From the IMG/VR virus record IMGVR_UViG_2974752881_000001, positions 3,360 to 67,359 of that record: DNA of 64,000 nt. The stretch is one strand, 5' to 3'. The DNA comes from a virus. Taxonomy: Duplodnaviria; Caudoviricetes. Shown one piece after another: positions 19,105-29,209 of the stretch. The notes under the pieces are model-generated. The model was not told where the DNA came from and searched no databases. It was given only the letters and a program-made list of their open reading frames with translations. Every line of letters starts with the position of its first letter. Within the stretch, counting starts at the first letter, position 1. The position numbers were made by a program, and so were the translations under genes.

Positions 19105-19788
19105 ATGCCTTCTTTCGCGACTCTGGCAAAGCGCCAGGGCGAGCTGATTCGCAAGCCCCTCGCAGGCATCATCGGCGTTGCCGACGAAGACCTCGAACTG
19201 GATGCCGACTTCAAGCTCACCACACTGGCCGCCGGTGGCGCCATCGAGCTCACCGCGCTGACCGACTGGGACCAGCTCGGATGGGTCTCCAAGTCCGACG
19301 GCGTCGTGTTCGCGGCCGACACCGAGACCAGCGACATCGAGTCGTGGGGCGCGCTGGAGCCGACCCGGTCGGACATCACCAAGGACGTCACCTCGGCGCA
19401 GTTCACCTGCCAGGAGACCAACAAGATCGTCCTGGAGATGTTCTACAACGTCGACCTCGACGGCGTGCTCGGCGACTTCGATACCGGTGAGGTCGCCTTC
19501 AACCAGTCGGTCGAGCCGACGACCACCTACCGCCGGATGCTGTTCCTGTCCAAGGACGGCAGCGGGCCCAAGGAGGTCTTCATCGGCAAGCTCATGCCGC
19601 GGGCGAACGTCTCGGCCAAGAGCGACCAGAACTGGAACTCCGAGGACGCCCTCGTCCACGGCATGACGGTCAACGCCAAGGTCGCCGACGACCTCGGCTA
19701 CGCGGTCCGGCACATGTTCGGTGGCGCCGGGTGGAAGGCGCAGCTCACCAAGATGGGCTTCACCCTCGCTCCCGACCCCACCCCGTAG
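19105..19788 (+). CDS. major tail protein
   Basis: LGWVSKSDGV, DIESWGALEPTRSDIT motifs typical of actinophage MTPs. Confidence 0.92.
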   Translation: MPSFATLAKRQGELIRKPLAGIIGVADEDLELDADFKLTTLAAGGAIELTALTDWDQLGWVSKSDGVVFAADTETSDIESWGALEPTRSDITKDVTSAQFTCQETNKIVLEMFYNVDLDGVLGDFDTGEVAFNQSVEPTTTYRRMLFLSKDGSGPKEVFIGKLMPRANVSAKSDQNWNSEDALVHGMTVNAKVADDLGYAVRHMFGGAGWKAQLTKMGFTLAPDPTP

Positions 19789-19791
19789 GCC

Positions 19792-19834
19792 CCGGCCCGG
19801 CTCGCCCTTCCTCCCCGGTGGCGAGCCGGGTCGG
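19792..19834 (+). terminator. GC hairpin after major tail gene
   Basis: CCGGCCCGGCTCGCC...GGCGAGCCGGGTCGG; no clear U-tract. Confidence 0.5.
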
Positions 19835-19873
19835 CCCCCACCGGGGAGCATCTCTTCCGAGAAGGAGAACACC

Positions 19874-20281
19874 ATGTCGTTCAACCCCGTCAAGCTGGTC
19901 CACCCGAAGACCGGCATCGTGGTCACCGCCACCACCGCGGTCGACCTCACCAACTTCCGCTTCAACGACGGCTACGTCCCCGTCGACACCGCGAAGCTGC
20001 TCGTCGGCGCCGAGGGTGGCGAGGAGAAGTACCCCAAGCTCGTCGAGGGCCTGAAGGTCGTCGAGGAGATCGAGGCCGCCGAGCGAGGAGATAAGGCCCC
20101 CGCCGACGAGGCACCGGCTGACGTCGACAAGCCCGGCGAGACCGCGGACAAGGCCGACGACGCCAAGTCGACCGAGACCGAGGTAGCCTCGACCACGTCG
20201 AAGACCACTCGCGGTGCGAAGGGCTCGACCGCCGCCAAGAGCGGCACCGATGCGTCCGGCCAGCAGGTCGGCGTCAACTGA
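19874..20281 (+). CDS. hypothetical tail-region protein
   Basis: SD AAGGAG; MSFNPVKLVHPKTG...; low-complexity C-terminus. Confidence 0.8.
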   Translation: MSFNPVKLVHPKTGIVVTATTAVDLTNFRFNDGYVPVDTAKLLVGAEGGEEKYPKLVEGLKVVEEIEAAERGDKAPADEAPADVDKPGETADKADDAKSTETEVASTTSKTTRGAKGSTAAKSGTDASGQQVGVN

Positions 20282-20304
20282 TCGAACTACCGGGGAGGTA
20301 GAGC

Positions 20305-20619
20305 ATGGGAACGAGTTTCGAGTCCCTCGTCGAACGGGCGAAGAAGCGCACCAAGGGGCGGAACCGAGAGCCGTTCGTCATCACCATCGAGGGTGACGAT
20401 CCGATCGAGGTTCCGTACCCCGACGCGATCAAGTCGATGAACTACGAGCGCGCGGAGACGGTCTATGACCAGCTCCGAGCCCTCCTCGGCGTCGACTTCA
20501 CGCGCATCCTCGACATGGTGCGGGGCAAGGACATCTCGGTCCTCCAGCTTCTCATCACGGAGATGTGGGACTACTGGGACGACGACAGCCACGAGGTCCC
20601 CGGGGGAAAAGAGGCCTGA
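20305..20619 (+). CDS. tail assembly chaperone (gpG)
   Basis: position; ends VPGGKEA at the slippery site. Confidence 0.9.
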   Translation: MGTSFESLVERAKKRTKGRNREPFVITIEGDDPIEVPYPDAIKSMNYERAETVYDQLRALLGVDFTRILDMVRGKDISVLQLLITEMWDYWDDDSHEVPGGKEA

Positions 20620-21116
20620 TCGACCTCTTCGACCATTTCGGTCGAGAGATCATGCTGGACTTCCGTGAATACTGGCATGGTCTCGACGTCCTGGACTACT
20701 TCGACGGGACCCGTTCGTGGTTCGAGTTCTACGAGTACCTCAACGGGCTCCGGTCGTACACCAGATTCAAGTCGGCACTCGCACTCGACGAGGACTATGC
20801 CAAGTCGCTGAAGCAGCGGCTCGACGAGATGAAGGCCGACCAGGACGAAGAGGACGAGGACGGATTCGGCTCGACGGAGTGGAGTCCCGAGACCCGGTCG
20901 CAGGAAGACTTCACGCCGGTGCTCGGGACCCTCTACTCGATGCTCGAATCCATCCAGGAGATCCCGCGGACACTGATCGCGGTCAACGGTCGGAAGCCTC
21001 CCAAGGCGCAGAAGATCCCGCGACCAGTCAGCGCGCTGGACATCCTGGAGCTCGAAGACGAACGGGACGAGATGGCCGACCTCTCCGCCAGGTTTGGCAT
21101 GAAGAAGCCGGGCTGA
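20305..21116 (+). CDS. tail assembly chaperone gpGT via -1 programmed frameshift
   Basis: G GGA AAA at 20604-20610 joins to the -1 frame ORF (RGLIDLFDHF...). Confidence 0.88.
20604..20610 (+). other. -1 slippery heptamer GGGAAAA
   Basis: in-frame X XXY YYZ pattern near the gpG stop. Confidence 0.88.
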
Positions 21117-21137
21117 GATAGGATCGGATCGCCTACC

Positions 21138-21176
21138 GAGAGGGCACCTGGGAACGGAAACCCCAGGTGCCCTTTC
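21138..21176 (+). terminator. intrinsic terminator/attenuator before tape measure
   Basis: GAGAGGGCACCTGGG-9 nt-CCCAGGTGCCCTTTC. Confidence 0.7.
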
Positions 21177-21203
21177 GCATATTCGGAGACGGGGTGAGCG
21201 CGA

Positions 21204-24200
21204 GTGGCCAAGACCTTCCTGGTCGGCGAAGGCGCTGTTCGGCTCATCCCCAACGCTGCCGGGTTCCACGTCTCGGCGCGCAAGGCCATCCGTGAAGGCG
21301 GCGGGCTCAACGTCGGCGTCGACCTCCGCCCGGACGCGAAGACCTTTCGCCAGGAAGCTCGGACCCGGCTCCAGGCGATCAAGCTCACCCACGACGTCAA
21401 GCTCCGCGCCGACACCACCGGGTTCGCCCGGGATGCCAAGGCTAAGCTCGAAGCGCACAAGCAGCTCACCGTCCGGGCGAAGGTCGAGGCCCACCTCGAC
21501 GCACGCTCGGTCGCATCAGCACACACCGCCGCGCAGGCACAGCTCCGCGCGATGGGGCCGCTGAAGATCGCGGTCAAGGCAGAGGGCAACCTCTCCTCGC
21601 TCGCCTCGGTCATGGCCGAGATGCAGGCGATTGCTCGCGCCGGGATCACCACGCCGGTCAACGCCGAACGGGGTCGCAGTCGCGGTGGCGCGCTCGGCGG
21701 AGGTGGCGGAGGTGGCGGAGGCGGAGGCCGACCAGTCCGCAAGGCCGCCATCGCCACTGGCACCGTCTTCGCCCCGATCGTCACCCAGGCTGCCCTCGGC
21801 GGCCTCACCGCGCTCGTCGGCGCCGCGTCGCAAGCTGCCGGTGCCCTCGGCCTCCTGCCCGCCGCGGCCACGGCCGCCGGTGCCGGTCTCGCCGCGGTGG
21901 CCATCGGCGCCGCGGGGATCGGCGGGGCCTTCTCTGCGTTGAGCAAGGAGTCCGAGGCGGCCGGTAGCTCGGTATCCCAGAGCGCCAGCGCGCAGGCCGG
22001 TGCGCAGCGCCAGATCGCCGCCGCCGACCGCGGACTCGCCACGGCACACCGCGGGGTCACCCGGGCCCTGCAAGATCTGAACAACGAGCGCCGCAACGCC
22101 GTTCGTCGCCTCCGCGACATGAACGACGAGATGAAGATGGCGCCGGTCAACGAGCGCGAGGCGGCGCTTGCGATCAAGGAGAGCTACAAGCGGCTCCAGG
22201 AGGCCTACGCTTCCGGCGACGCCCTCGAAATCGAGGGTGCGCAGATCGACATCGACAAGTCGAAGCTCCAGTACGACCAGCTCAAGAAGCAGAACTCCGA
22301 CCTGGCCGCCGACGTCGCCGAGGCCAACCGCAAGGGGGTCGAGGGCGACGAGCAGGTGATCGCGGCGAAGGACGGCGTCACCGACGCGGTCAACGGGCTG
22401 AAGGATGCCCAAGACGCGCTGGCCAGCGCCATGGAGGCCGCCGCCGACGCCACGAAGTCAATGGCGGGTGGGACCGACCAGCTCGCGAAGGCGATGGCCA
22501 AGCTGGCCCCCAACGCGCAGGACTTCGTCCGGAAAATCCACGCGCTCGGACCGGCGTGGACCGAGACCCGCAAGTTCATCCAGGACGCACTGTTCAGCCG
22601 ACTCGGCGACTCGGTCACCACCCTGGCCAACGTCCAGCTCCCGGTGCTGAAGACCGGCCTGGCGGGTATCGCGACCGAGATCAACGGCGGGCTCCGCGGT
22701 GCCCTCGCGACCTTCTCCACCGAGCAGGCCGCGATGGACTTCACCACCACGCTCAACAACTCGCGTGGCATGTGGGCCGGGATCGCGCAGAGCTTCGCGC
22801 CGTTCGCGCAGGCCTTCATGAACGTGACCACTGTCGGATCGGAGTTCATGCCCCGGCTCGGCACCGCGGTGTCGAACATGGCCTCGAACTTCAAGCAGTT
22901 CACCGACGAGGCCCGGGCCGACGGCTCGATGCAAGAGTTCTTCGAGAACTCCCTGACCATGGCCAAGCAGCTCGGACGCATCCTGGCCAACGTCGGTGCG
23001 ATCGTCGGGGAGGTCTTCTCGGCCGGAGCAGAGGTCGGCGGGGGCTTCCTCAACACCATCGAGACCGCGACCGGCGAGCTGCGCGAGTTCCTCGGATCGG
23101 CCGAGGGACAGGAGGGACTGAAGACCTTCTTCGAGGGGGTCAGGGTCGCCGTCCAGACCCTCGCACCGATAATCCAGATCGTCGCTTCGACGATCCTCAC
23201 CGTGCTCGGTCCGGCCCTGACCGACCTCGTCATCGGACTCGGACCCGGGCTCGTACAGATGTTCGAGGGCTTGTCCGGCGGGCTCGCGGCCATCCAGCCG
23301 GTCATGCAGGTGGTCGGCCAGGCCATCGGCTCCATCGGCACCGAGCTCGGCAGTGTCTTCGAGGTACTCGGACCTGTTATCGCACAGGTACTTTCGGCTC
23401 TGGCACCCGCCATCCAGCCGCTCGCACAGCTCCTCGGCGCCGTGATCAAGGCGCTCGCTCCGATCCTCGTGCTCGTCGGCGAGTTCGTCGGTCTGCTGAT
23501 CTCCGCGCTGGCGCCTGCTTTCACCAAGATCGTCGAGGCACTGACCCCGGTCATCCAGTCGCTCATCGACTCGCTGATGCCGATCCTGCCGCCCATCATG
23601 GACGTCCTCGGGCAGCTCGCGAGCACCATCGCCGACGCGCTGGTCATGGCCCTGGAGGCCATCGCGCCGTTCCTGCCGCAGCTCGTCGGCGCGTTCGGCT
23701 CGCTGCTGACCGCGATCCTGCCGCTCATGCCGGTGTTCGGTGAGCTGATCGCCTCTCTGATTCCACCGCTGATCAGCGTGCTCGAAGGCATCATGCCGAC
23801 GGTCGTCCGGATCATCGAGATCCTTGGCGATCTCGTCGGCTACATCGTGCCGATCCTGATCCCGATCCTGCGCCTGCTCGCGGCCATCGTCGGCGAGGTC
23901 TTCTCGTGGATCGGGTCGCTCATCGGCGCGATCTTCCGCAACGTGCTCGACCCGATCTTCATCGCGATCGGCTGGGCCCTGCGCAAACTCGGCGACTTCT
24001 TCAACTGGCTCTGGAACGTCGCCATCAAGCCAGCCTGGGACGCCATCTGGGGCGCGATCAAGTGGGGTTGGGAGAACGCCATCAAGCCCGCGTTCAACGC
24101 GCTGATGGACGGAATCCAGAACGTCGGCGACTTCTTCGCCGAGGTGGTCAGCGCCATCGGCAAGGCGTGGGGGATGCTCGCCGACATCGCCTCGAAGCCG

Positions 24201-26633
24201 ATCAACTGGGTCATCAACCACGTGATCAACGGCGGAATCGGCCGGGCGTGGAAGGCTGTCGACAACTTCCTCGGTGGCCACATGCCCGACTGGAAGGATG
24301 TCAGCCCGATTCGGATGGCCTCCGGCGGTGAGGTCCCGATGGCGGCCGGTGCCGAGCGAGGCAAGGACTCGGTCCGCATTCTCGGTATGCCGGGCGAGCA
24401 CATGTGGGACGTGACCGACGTCGCGCGCGCCGGTGGCCAGCAGGCGATGTACCGGATGCGCGACATGGTGATGAAGGGCAAGCCGTTCACCTGGACCCCG
24501 GCCGGGCTAGCCGACGCCGAGGGCGATGGCGCGCTGCCGCGGTACGCCAAGGGTGGCGAGCTGTCCGCCGGTGACAAGCTGTCCCCACTCCCGGGTGAAG
24601 GCGGCCTCCAGCCGATCGCTCAGCTCATGGCCCGCATCATCAAGAACACCTGGCCGGAGACGGTGTCGTCGATCGGCGGGTACCGGCCGCCGGACGGCTA
24701 CAACGAGCACTCCTCGGGTCGTGCGCTCGACGTCATGGTCAACGAGAACCGGAAGACCGGCGACGAGGTCACCGGCTTCTCCATGGCCAACCACCCGAAG
24801 TACCCGGTCACCCATACGATCTGGGCACAGAAGATGCACTACCCTCCGGACGGCCGGACCGAGGGGATGGATGACCGCGGGTCGCCGACGCAGAACCACA
24901 TGGACCACCCGCACATCTGGTACGCACCGAACCAGGGGCCGATCAACCCCAACGTCATGCCCGACAACATCGTGTTCGGCGGGGTCACCGACGCCGGGGT
25001 TCGCCGCGGCATCACCGCATGGGCCGAGAAGGCCTTCAACACCGCGCTGGCGCCGGTCAAGAAGCTCCTGGAGACCAGCGCGTTCGCTCCTCCGCCGGAG
25101 ATCAAGGCCGTCCCGCGCGAGATGTACAACGGGATGGTCGAGCCCGCGAAGGAGAAACTGCTCGACAAGGTCTCGGAGCTGACCTCGGTCGAGGGCTGGA
25201 AGAACCTCCTCGGCGGCGCCGTGGACAAGGTCCGCAACGGCGTCGGCGGCGCGCTCGGCGGGCTGAAGAAGATGCTCTTCGACACCGGCGGCGTCATCCG
25301 GCCGGGCACCACCGTGGTGCAGAACGACACCGGTCGCGACGAGTACATGCTCAACCCGACGGAGACCATCCTGCTCCGCGGGCTCGTCGCTGCGCTCCGC
25401 GGGATCGGGATCAACCCGACGCTCCCCCAGGACCAACAGACCACCCCCGGGACCCAGGACGTCAATATCGACTCGGTCGGTGGCAAGCAGACCACCCCGG
25501 GCGAGCTGCCGACCCCCGAGCAGACCGAGATCAAGCCGCCGACGGCCGAGGAACTCGGGCCGGACACCACCGTCGCGAAGGACGGGAAGCAGAAGCAGCG
25601 CACCATCGACGCGGTCATCGCCGAGGGCAAGCGCCGAGGGATGTCCGACGACGACATCAAGGCTGCCATCGCGACGGTCCTCGTCGAGTCCGAGGGCGAG
25701 ATCCACGCGAACCAGTCGGTCCCGGAGTCGATGAACCTGCCGCACACCGCGGTGGGCTCCGACCACGACTCGGTCGGACCGTTCCAGCAGCGCAACTCGT
25801 GGGGCACCGCGGCCGACCGCATGGACCCGACGAAGTCCGCCGGGCTGTTCTACGACGCACTGGCCAAGTCCGGGGCCACCGGCACCATCGGCCAGCGGGC
25901 ACAGGCCGTGCAGCGATCGGCCTTCCCGGACAAATACGACAAGCGCGTCGACGAGGCGACGGCGTACCTGGCCAAGTACAACGAGGCCGCTCCCACCGGC
26001 AGCTCGAACGACCCGGTCACCGTCACCCCGGCCGACCCCAAGGACTGGGAGACCACCGCCGACAACGTCAAGCCTGGGGACACCACCGGCTCGGCGTACG
26101 GGCAGAACCTCCAGGGTGCTGCGATCGGGAAGAACGGCGAGTACAAGCCGGACAACAACGTCACCACCGGGGGCAAGGGCGGGATCGGCGGCGCGACGAA
26201 GCCGATGTTCTCCAACCCCTTCGAGACCGACGGGGGCAAGTTCGCTCAGTCGATGGCCAAGCGCACCCCGCTCGGCATCGGCGGGCCCCAGATGGAGACC
26301 CTGGCGAAGAAGGCCCCGGCGGTCACCGAGCTGGCCAACGGCGTCGCGCAGAACATCCCGGCCTACGCCGCAGCTCTCGCTGGCAACCCCGCCGAGCTGG
26401 CCGCGAAGGTCGCCACCGCCACCGGCGCCTGGGCCACGAAGACCGCCACCGACTTCGCGACCTACCTCCCGGAGAACGCGCCGGGCATGATCGAGTCGGC
26501 GCTCTCCGCAGTTGCGGGGCCGCTCATCGGTACAGTGAACACCGGCATGAGCAAGGATGACTTGACGTCAACCATGGAAGACGTGCAGAACCGTCAGATT
26601 CGACGGTCCAAGAACGGACGACGGAGGATCTGA
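21204..26633 (+). CDS. tape measure protein with C-terminal M15-like peptidase and lytic transglycosylase-like domains
   Basis: 1809 aa, amphipathic repeats; EHSSGRALD...NHMDHPH; VLVES...DSVGPFQQR...AQAVQRSAFP. Confidence 0.95.
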   Translation: MAKTFLVGEGAVRLIPNAAGFHVSARKAIREGGGLNVGVDLRPDAKTFRQEARTRLQAIKLTHDVKLRADTTGFARDAKAKLEAHKQLTVRAKVEAHLDARSVASAHTAAQAQLRAMGPLKIAVKAEGNLSSLASVMAEMQAIARAGITTPVNAERGRSRGGALGGGGGGGGGGGRPVRKAAIATGTVFAPIVTQAALGGLTALVGAASQAAGALGLLPAAATAAGAGLAAVAIGAAGIGGAFSALSKESEAAGSSVSQSASAQAGAQRQIAAADRGLATAHRGVTRALQDLNNERRNAVRRLRDMNDEMKMAPVNEREAALAIKESYKRLQEAYASGDALEIEGAQIDIDKSKLQYDQLKKQNSDLAADVAEANRKGVEGDEQVIAAKDGVTDAVNGLKDAQDALASAMEAAADATKSMAGGTDQLAKAMAKLAPNAQDFVRKIHALGPAWTETRKFIQDALFSRLGDSVTTLANVQLPVLKTGLAGIATEINGGLRGALATFSTEQAAMDFTTTLNNSRGMWAGIAQSFAPFAQAFMNVTTVGSEFMPRLGTAVSNMASNFKQFTDEARADGSMQEFFENSLTMAKQLGRILANVGAIVGEVFSAGAEVGGGFLNTIETATGELREFLGSAEGQEGLKTFFEGVRVAVQTLAPIIQIVASTILTVLGPALTDLVIGLGPGLVQMFEGLSGGLAAIQPVMQVVGQAIGSIGTELGSVFEVLGPVIAQVLSALAPAIQPLAQLLGAVIKALAPILVLVGEFVGLLISALAPAFTKIVEALTPVIQSLIDSLMPILPPIMDVLGQLASTIADALVMALEAIAPFLPQLVGAFGSLLTAILPLMPVFGELIASLIPPLISVLEGIMPTVVRIIEILGDLVGYIVPILIPILRLLAAIVGEVFSWIGSLIGAIFRNVLDPIFIAIGWALRKLGDFFNWLWNVAIKPAWDAIWGAIKWGWENAIKPAFNALMDGIQNVGDFFAEVVSAIGKAWGMLADIASKPINWVINHVINGGIGRAWKAVDNFLGGHMPDWKDVSPIRMASGGEVPMAAGAERGKDSVRILGMPGEHMWDVTDVARAGGQQAMYRMRDMVMKGKPFTWTPAGLADAEGDGALPRYAKGGELSAGDKLSPLPGEGGLQPIAQLMARIIKNTWPETVSSIGGYRPPDGYNEHSSGRALDVMVNENRKTGDEVTGFSMANHPKYPVTHTIWAQKMHYPPDGRTEGMDDRGSPTQNHMDHPHIWYAPNQGPINPNVMPDNIVFGGVTDAGVRRGITAWAEKAFNTALAPVKKLLETSAFAPPPEIKAVPREMYNGMVEPAKEKLLDKVSELTSVEGWKNLLGGAVDKVRNGVGGALGGLKKMLFDTGGVIRPGTTVVQNDTGRDEYMLNPTETILLRGLVAALRGIGINPTLPQDQQTTPGTQDVNIDSVGGKQTTPGELPTPEQTEIKPPTAEELGPDTTVAKDGKQKQRTIDAVIAEGKRRGMSDDDIKAAIATVLVESEGEIHANQSVPESMNLPHTAVGSDHDSVGPFQQRNSWGTAADRMDPTKSAGLFYDALAKSGATGTIGQRAQAVQRSAFPDKYDKRVDEATAYLAKYNEAAPTGSSNDPVTVTPADPKDWETTADNVKPGDTTGSAYGQNLQGAAIGKNGEYKPDNNVTTGGKGGIGGATKPMFSNPFETDGGKFAQSMAKRTPLGIGGPQMETLAKKAPAVTELANGVAQNIPAYAAALAGNPAELAAKVATATGAWATKTATDFATYLPENAPGMIESALSAVAGPLIGTVNTGMSKDDLTSTMEDVQNRQIRRSKNGRRRI
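26562..26571. promoter_or_regulatory. intragenic TTGACGTCAA operator copy
   Basis: perfect palindromic match in the last codons of the tape measure gene. Confidence 0.5.
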
Positions 26634-27550
26634 TGGGAGGGCTCAGCCGCGGCGACAAGACCTGGGTCATCCTCCGCGGGCCGGAGGGAGGCCGGTTCTG
26701 GCTGTCCGGGATGCGCGGTCGAGGCAAGCAGGGGGTCGAGCTGGCCAACGGTCTTGTCGGCCTCGACCGGCCGCCGACCGAACTCGTGTGGCTCCAGGAG
26801 GCTCGCCAGAACGGTGCCGACCTTGTCGGCAGCAACACCGACATCCGCACGATCAAGGGCGCGGTCAACATCCTCGGTCGCACCCCTCGCGAGGTGCGCG
26901 CGGCGTACGCCGACTGGCAGCGGAACAACTTCTTCACCAGATACTCCCGGCTGTTCTTCATCAACAGCTACAGCGGCGTGCGGTTCCTCGACGTCCTGAC
27001 GGGTGAGACCCCGAACGGCTCCCTCGACAAAGACCCCGCGCTGCTGAGACGCATCGCCGACTACCCCTGGACCTGGGCGTCTCCGAATCCCTTCTACAAG
27101 GGGTACTCCGAGACCTTCGAGGCGAAGATCCCCACCAGCGGCGAGACGATCGTCCGGATGAAGGTGCGCAACTTCGGCGACGCACCGCGCGTCTACCCGC
27201 GCATCTACCTGCCTGGGCCCGGCGTCTGGCACATTCCCCGCGGGACGCGCGCAGTCAACTGGCGGGGCGAGGAAGGTCTCGGCCCGCTCGTCGCCGAGGA
27301 CACCATCCCGCTCCCCGCGCTGAAGGCCAACGAGGGGATCTGGCTCAACCCCGACCCTCGCATCGAGACCATCACGCGGGTGTCGGCCGACGGCACCGAG
27401 AAGAACCTGTGGGCACAGATGAGCGGTCAGCGGCCGAAGCTCTGGCTCAACCCCCGATCGGAAGAGGAGTGGCAGTTCCGTGTCGTCGGCGGCGTGTCGA
27501 ACAAGGTGGTCAAGATGGTCGTCCAGCCTCTCTACATGACGTTCTGGTGA
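26633..27550 (+). CDS. minor tail protein (distal tail, Dit-like)
   Basis: first gene after TMP; YPWTWASPNPF motif. Confidence 0.85.
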   Translation: MGGLSRGDKTWVILRGPEGGRFWLSGMRGRGKQGVELANGLVGLDRPPTELVWLQEARQNGADLVGSNTDIRTIKGAVNILGRTPREVRAAYADWQRNNFFTRYSRLFFINSYSGVRFLDVLTGETPNGSLDKDPALLRRIADYPWTWASPNPFYKGYSETFEAKIPTSGETIVRMKVRNFGDAPRVYPRIYLPGPGVWHIPRGTRAVNWRGEEGLGPLVAEDTIPLPALKANEGIWLNPDPRIETITRVSADGTEKNLWAQMSGQRPKLWLNPRSEEEWQFRVVGGVSNKVVKMVVQPLYMTFW

Positions 27551-27554
27551 GCCG

Positions 27555-29177
27555 ATGACCACAGCATTCCTCGACGAGGCACCCCCGATCCCGCTCGACG
27601 ACCGCGGGATCGTTCCGTCGTGGCGCACCGAGGCCGAGATCGAGGTCCGCCGGTGGATCGACGACGACCCCATGGGCCTGGAGGGGTACTGCAACGACTT
27701 CATCGAGGGCGAGTTCGAGTTCGCCGAGAACGAGACCGGCCCCGGGCGAGTGGAGGTCCCCCACAACTCGAAGTGGGCCAAGATCTTCGCCAACTGCGAC
27801 AACGAGAACGTTTTCGTCCACGCCAAGGTCAACGGAAAATGGTGGACCGGCCGCGTCGACAAGTGCCGGAAGAAGCGCAAGGGCAAGAAGCGCACGGTCA
27901 TCGCCGAACTGGTGAGTGACTACGTGTGGCTGGAGTCAATGTTCTGCTGGCCCAACAACTTCAGTCCTCTCGGGTTCCAATTCCCGAAGAAGAACGTCAA
28001 GCTCATGCCGACGAAGAGCATGATCGAGGCGTACCTGTTCGAGGTCATTTTCCGGCTCCAGGCGTTCGGCAGCGGGCTCTATCGGTTCCCGATCGGATTC
28101 TTCAACAACCCCGGTGAGAACTGGTGGTCGATGAAGGTCAAGGACTGGGCACAGCCATGCATGGTGATCCCGGGCAACATCCTCTACGACACCACCCGCT
28201 GGAACACTCTCCTCGCGCGTATGACCCCGCTCGACGAGCTGTTCAAGGAGGTCACCTACGACGAGCACGTCGTCATCGAGGCGCAAGCCTGGGTGAAGGG
28301 GCGAGATCCCCAGCCGTCGAAGGACATCACCCTGGAGAAGAGCTGCATCTTCTTCCGGGTCAAGGACAAGCGTGGCGTGGTCGGCCGTACCGGCACGGTG
28401 CTCGACGGTCTGTTCAACACGATCATCGACACCATCTCGCCGGTCGTCGAGAACGTCGTCGGCGCCTTCACCGAGAACAGCGAGATGTACTCGCTGAGCA
28501 AGTTCTTCGGCACCGACCCCGACGACCCCTGGGTGGTCATCCGCGAGGACGATCTCGACGACGACATCGAAGAGTCCGAAGTCATCATCAACAGCCCCCA
28601 GGCGCACACCGGGATCGTCGGCGGACAGGCCCCGGAGTGGCTGAACAAGGGCATCGAGATGGTGGCCAACGCGGCCATCTCGGGCATCCTGGCGATGGCC
28701 GGTATCTCGTTCCTGTCCGACCTGATCAGCGGCGAGCTCTCCGACATCGTCATGGCCTTCCAGAGCCAGACGAACGAGCGGCTCCGAGCGAAGTTCGGCA
28801 TCTTCACCCTGCCCGAGGCGTACTCGGGGACTGGCACGACGGCCTACACCTTCGACGCCGTCCAGGCGCTCCGCAAGATCATGTTCGAGACCCGGCCCTA
28901 CCGGTCGTTCTCGGTCACCGTGGTCGATGGCAAGCCGTTCATCCCCTTCGTCCACTTCGACATCGGCGACCCCATCGGCTGGGAGGACGACGGCGAGATC
29001 CACGTCGACTACGTCCGGCGGGTCGTGGTCACCCTGAGCCGCGCGCAGAAGACGAAGGTCTCCATCAAGATCGGCGACGACCAGGGTATGAAGGACCCGA
29101 TGGAACTCGCGATGAAGCGGGTGCAGGGGGTCAAGCAGGCCTTCGACTTCTGGACATTGTCGGACGCCGGGTCCTGA
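27555..29177 (+). CDS. minor tail protein (baseplate hub/Tal-like)
   Basis: second gene after TMP; HFDIGDPIG C-terminal motif. Confidence 0.85.
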   Translation: MTTAFLDEAPPIPLDDRGIVPSWRTEAEIEVRRWIDDDPMGLEGYCNDFIEGEFEFAENETGPGRVEVPHNSKWAKIFANCDNENVFVHAKVNGKWWTGRVDKCRKKRKGKKRTVIAELVSDYVWLESMFCWPNNFSPLGFQFPKKNVKLMPTKSMIEAYLFEVIFRLQAFGSGLYRFPIGFFNNPGENWWSMKVKDWAQPCMVIPGNILYDTTRWNTLLARMTPLDELFKEVTYDEHVVIEAQAWVKGRDPQPSKDITLEKSCIFFRVKDKRGVVGRTGTVLDGLFNTIIDTISPVVENVVGAFTENSEMYSLSKFFGTDPDDPWVVIREDDLDDDIEESEVIINSPQAHTGIVGGQAPEWLNKGIEMVANAAISGILAMAGISFLSDLISGELSDIVMAFQSQTNERLRAKFGIFTLPEAYSGTGTTAYTFDAVQALRKIMFETRPYRSFSVTVVDGKPFIPFVHFDIGDPIGWEDDGEIHVDYVRRVVVTLSRAQKTKVSIKIGDDQGMKDPMELAMKRVQGVKQAFDFWTLSDAGS

Positions 29178-29209
29178 CCGATAGACTGACGCGCAACCGA
29201 GGGAGAGAC

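Noticed and set aside
20604-20610. Tail chaperone -1 frameshift as a novel finding
   Set aside because: Well-known, near-universal feature of long-tailed phages; kept as a feature only
21700-21730. GGCGGAGGT repeats in tape measure as a phase-variable tract
   Set aside because: In-frame poly-Gly codon repeat (unit is a multiple of 3), so slippage would not switch frame
23251-23266. SOS-like TCGTAC-AGAT-GTTCGA in the tape measure gene
   Set aside because: The mismatch falls in the conserved GAA core and the site is deep in a structural gene; chance cannot be excluded
21516-25822. Long antisense ORFs opposite tape measure, and similar ones opposite terL, dnaE, primase and tail genes
   Set aside because: Typical stop-poor shadow frames of GC3-rich genes; no SD, no motifs, Arg/Gly/Pro-rich translations
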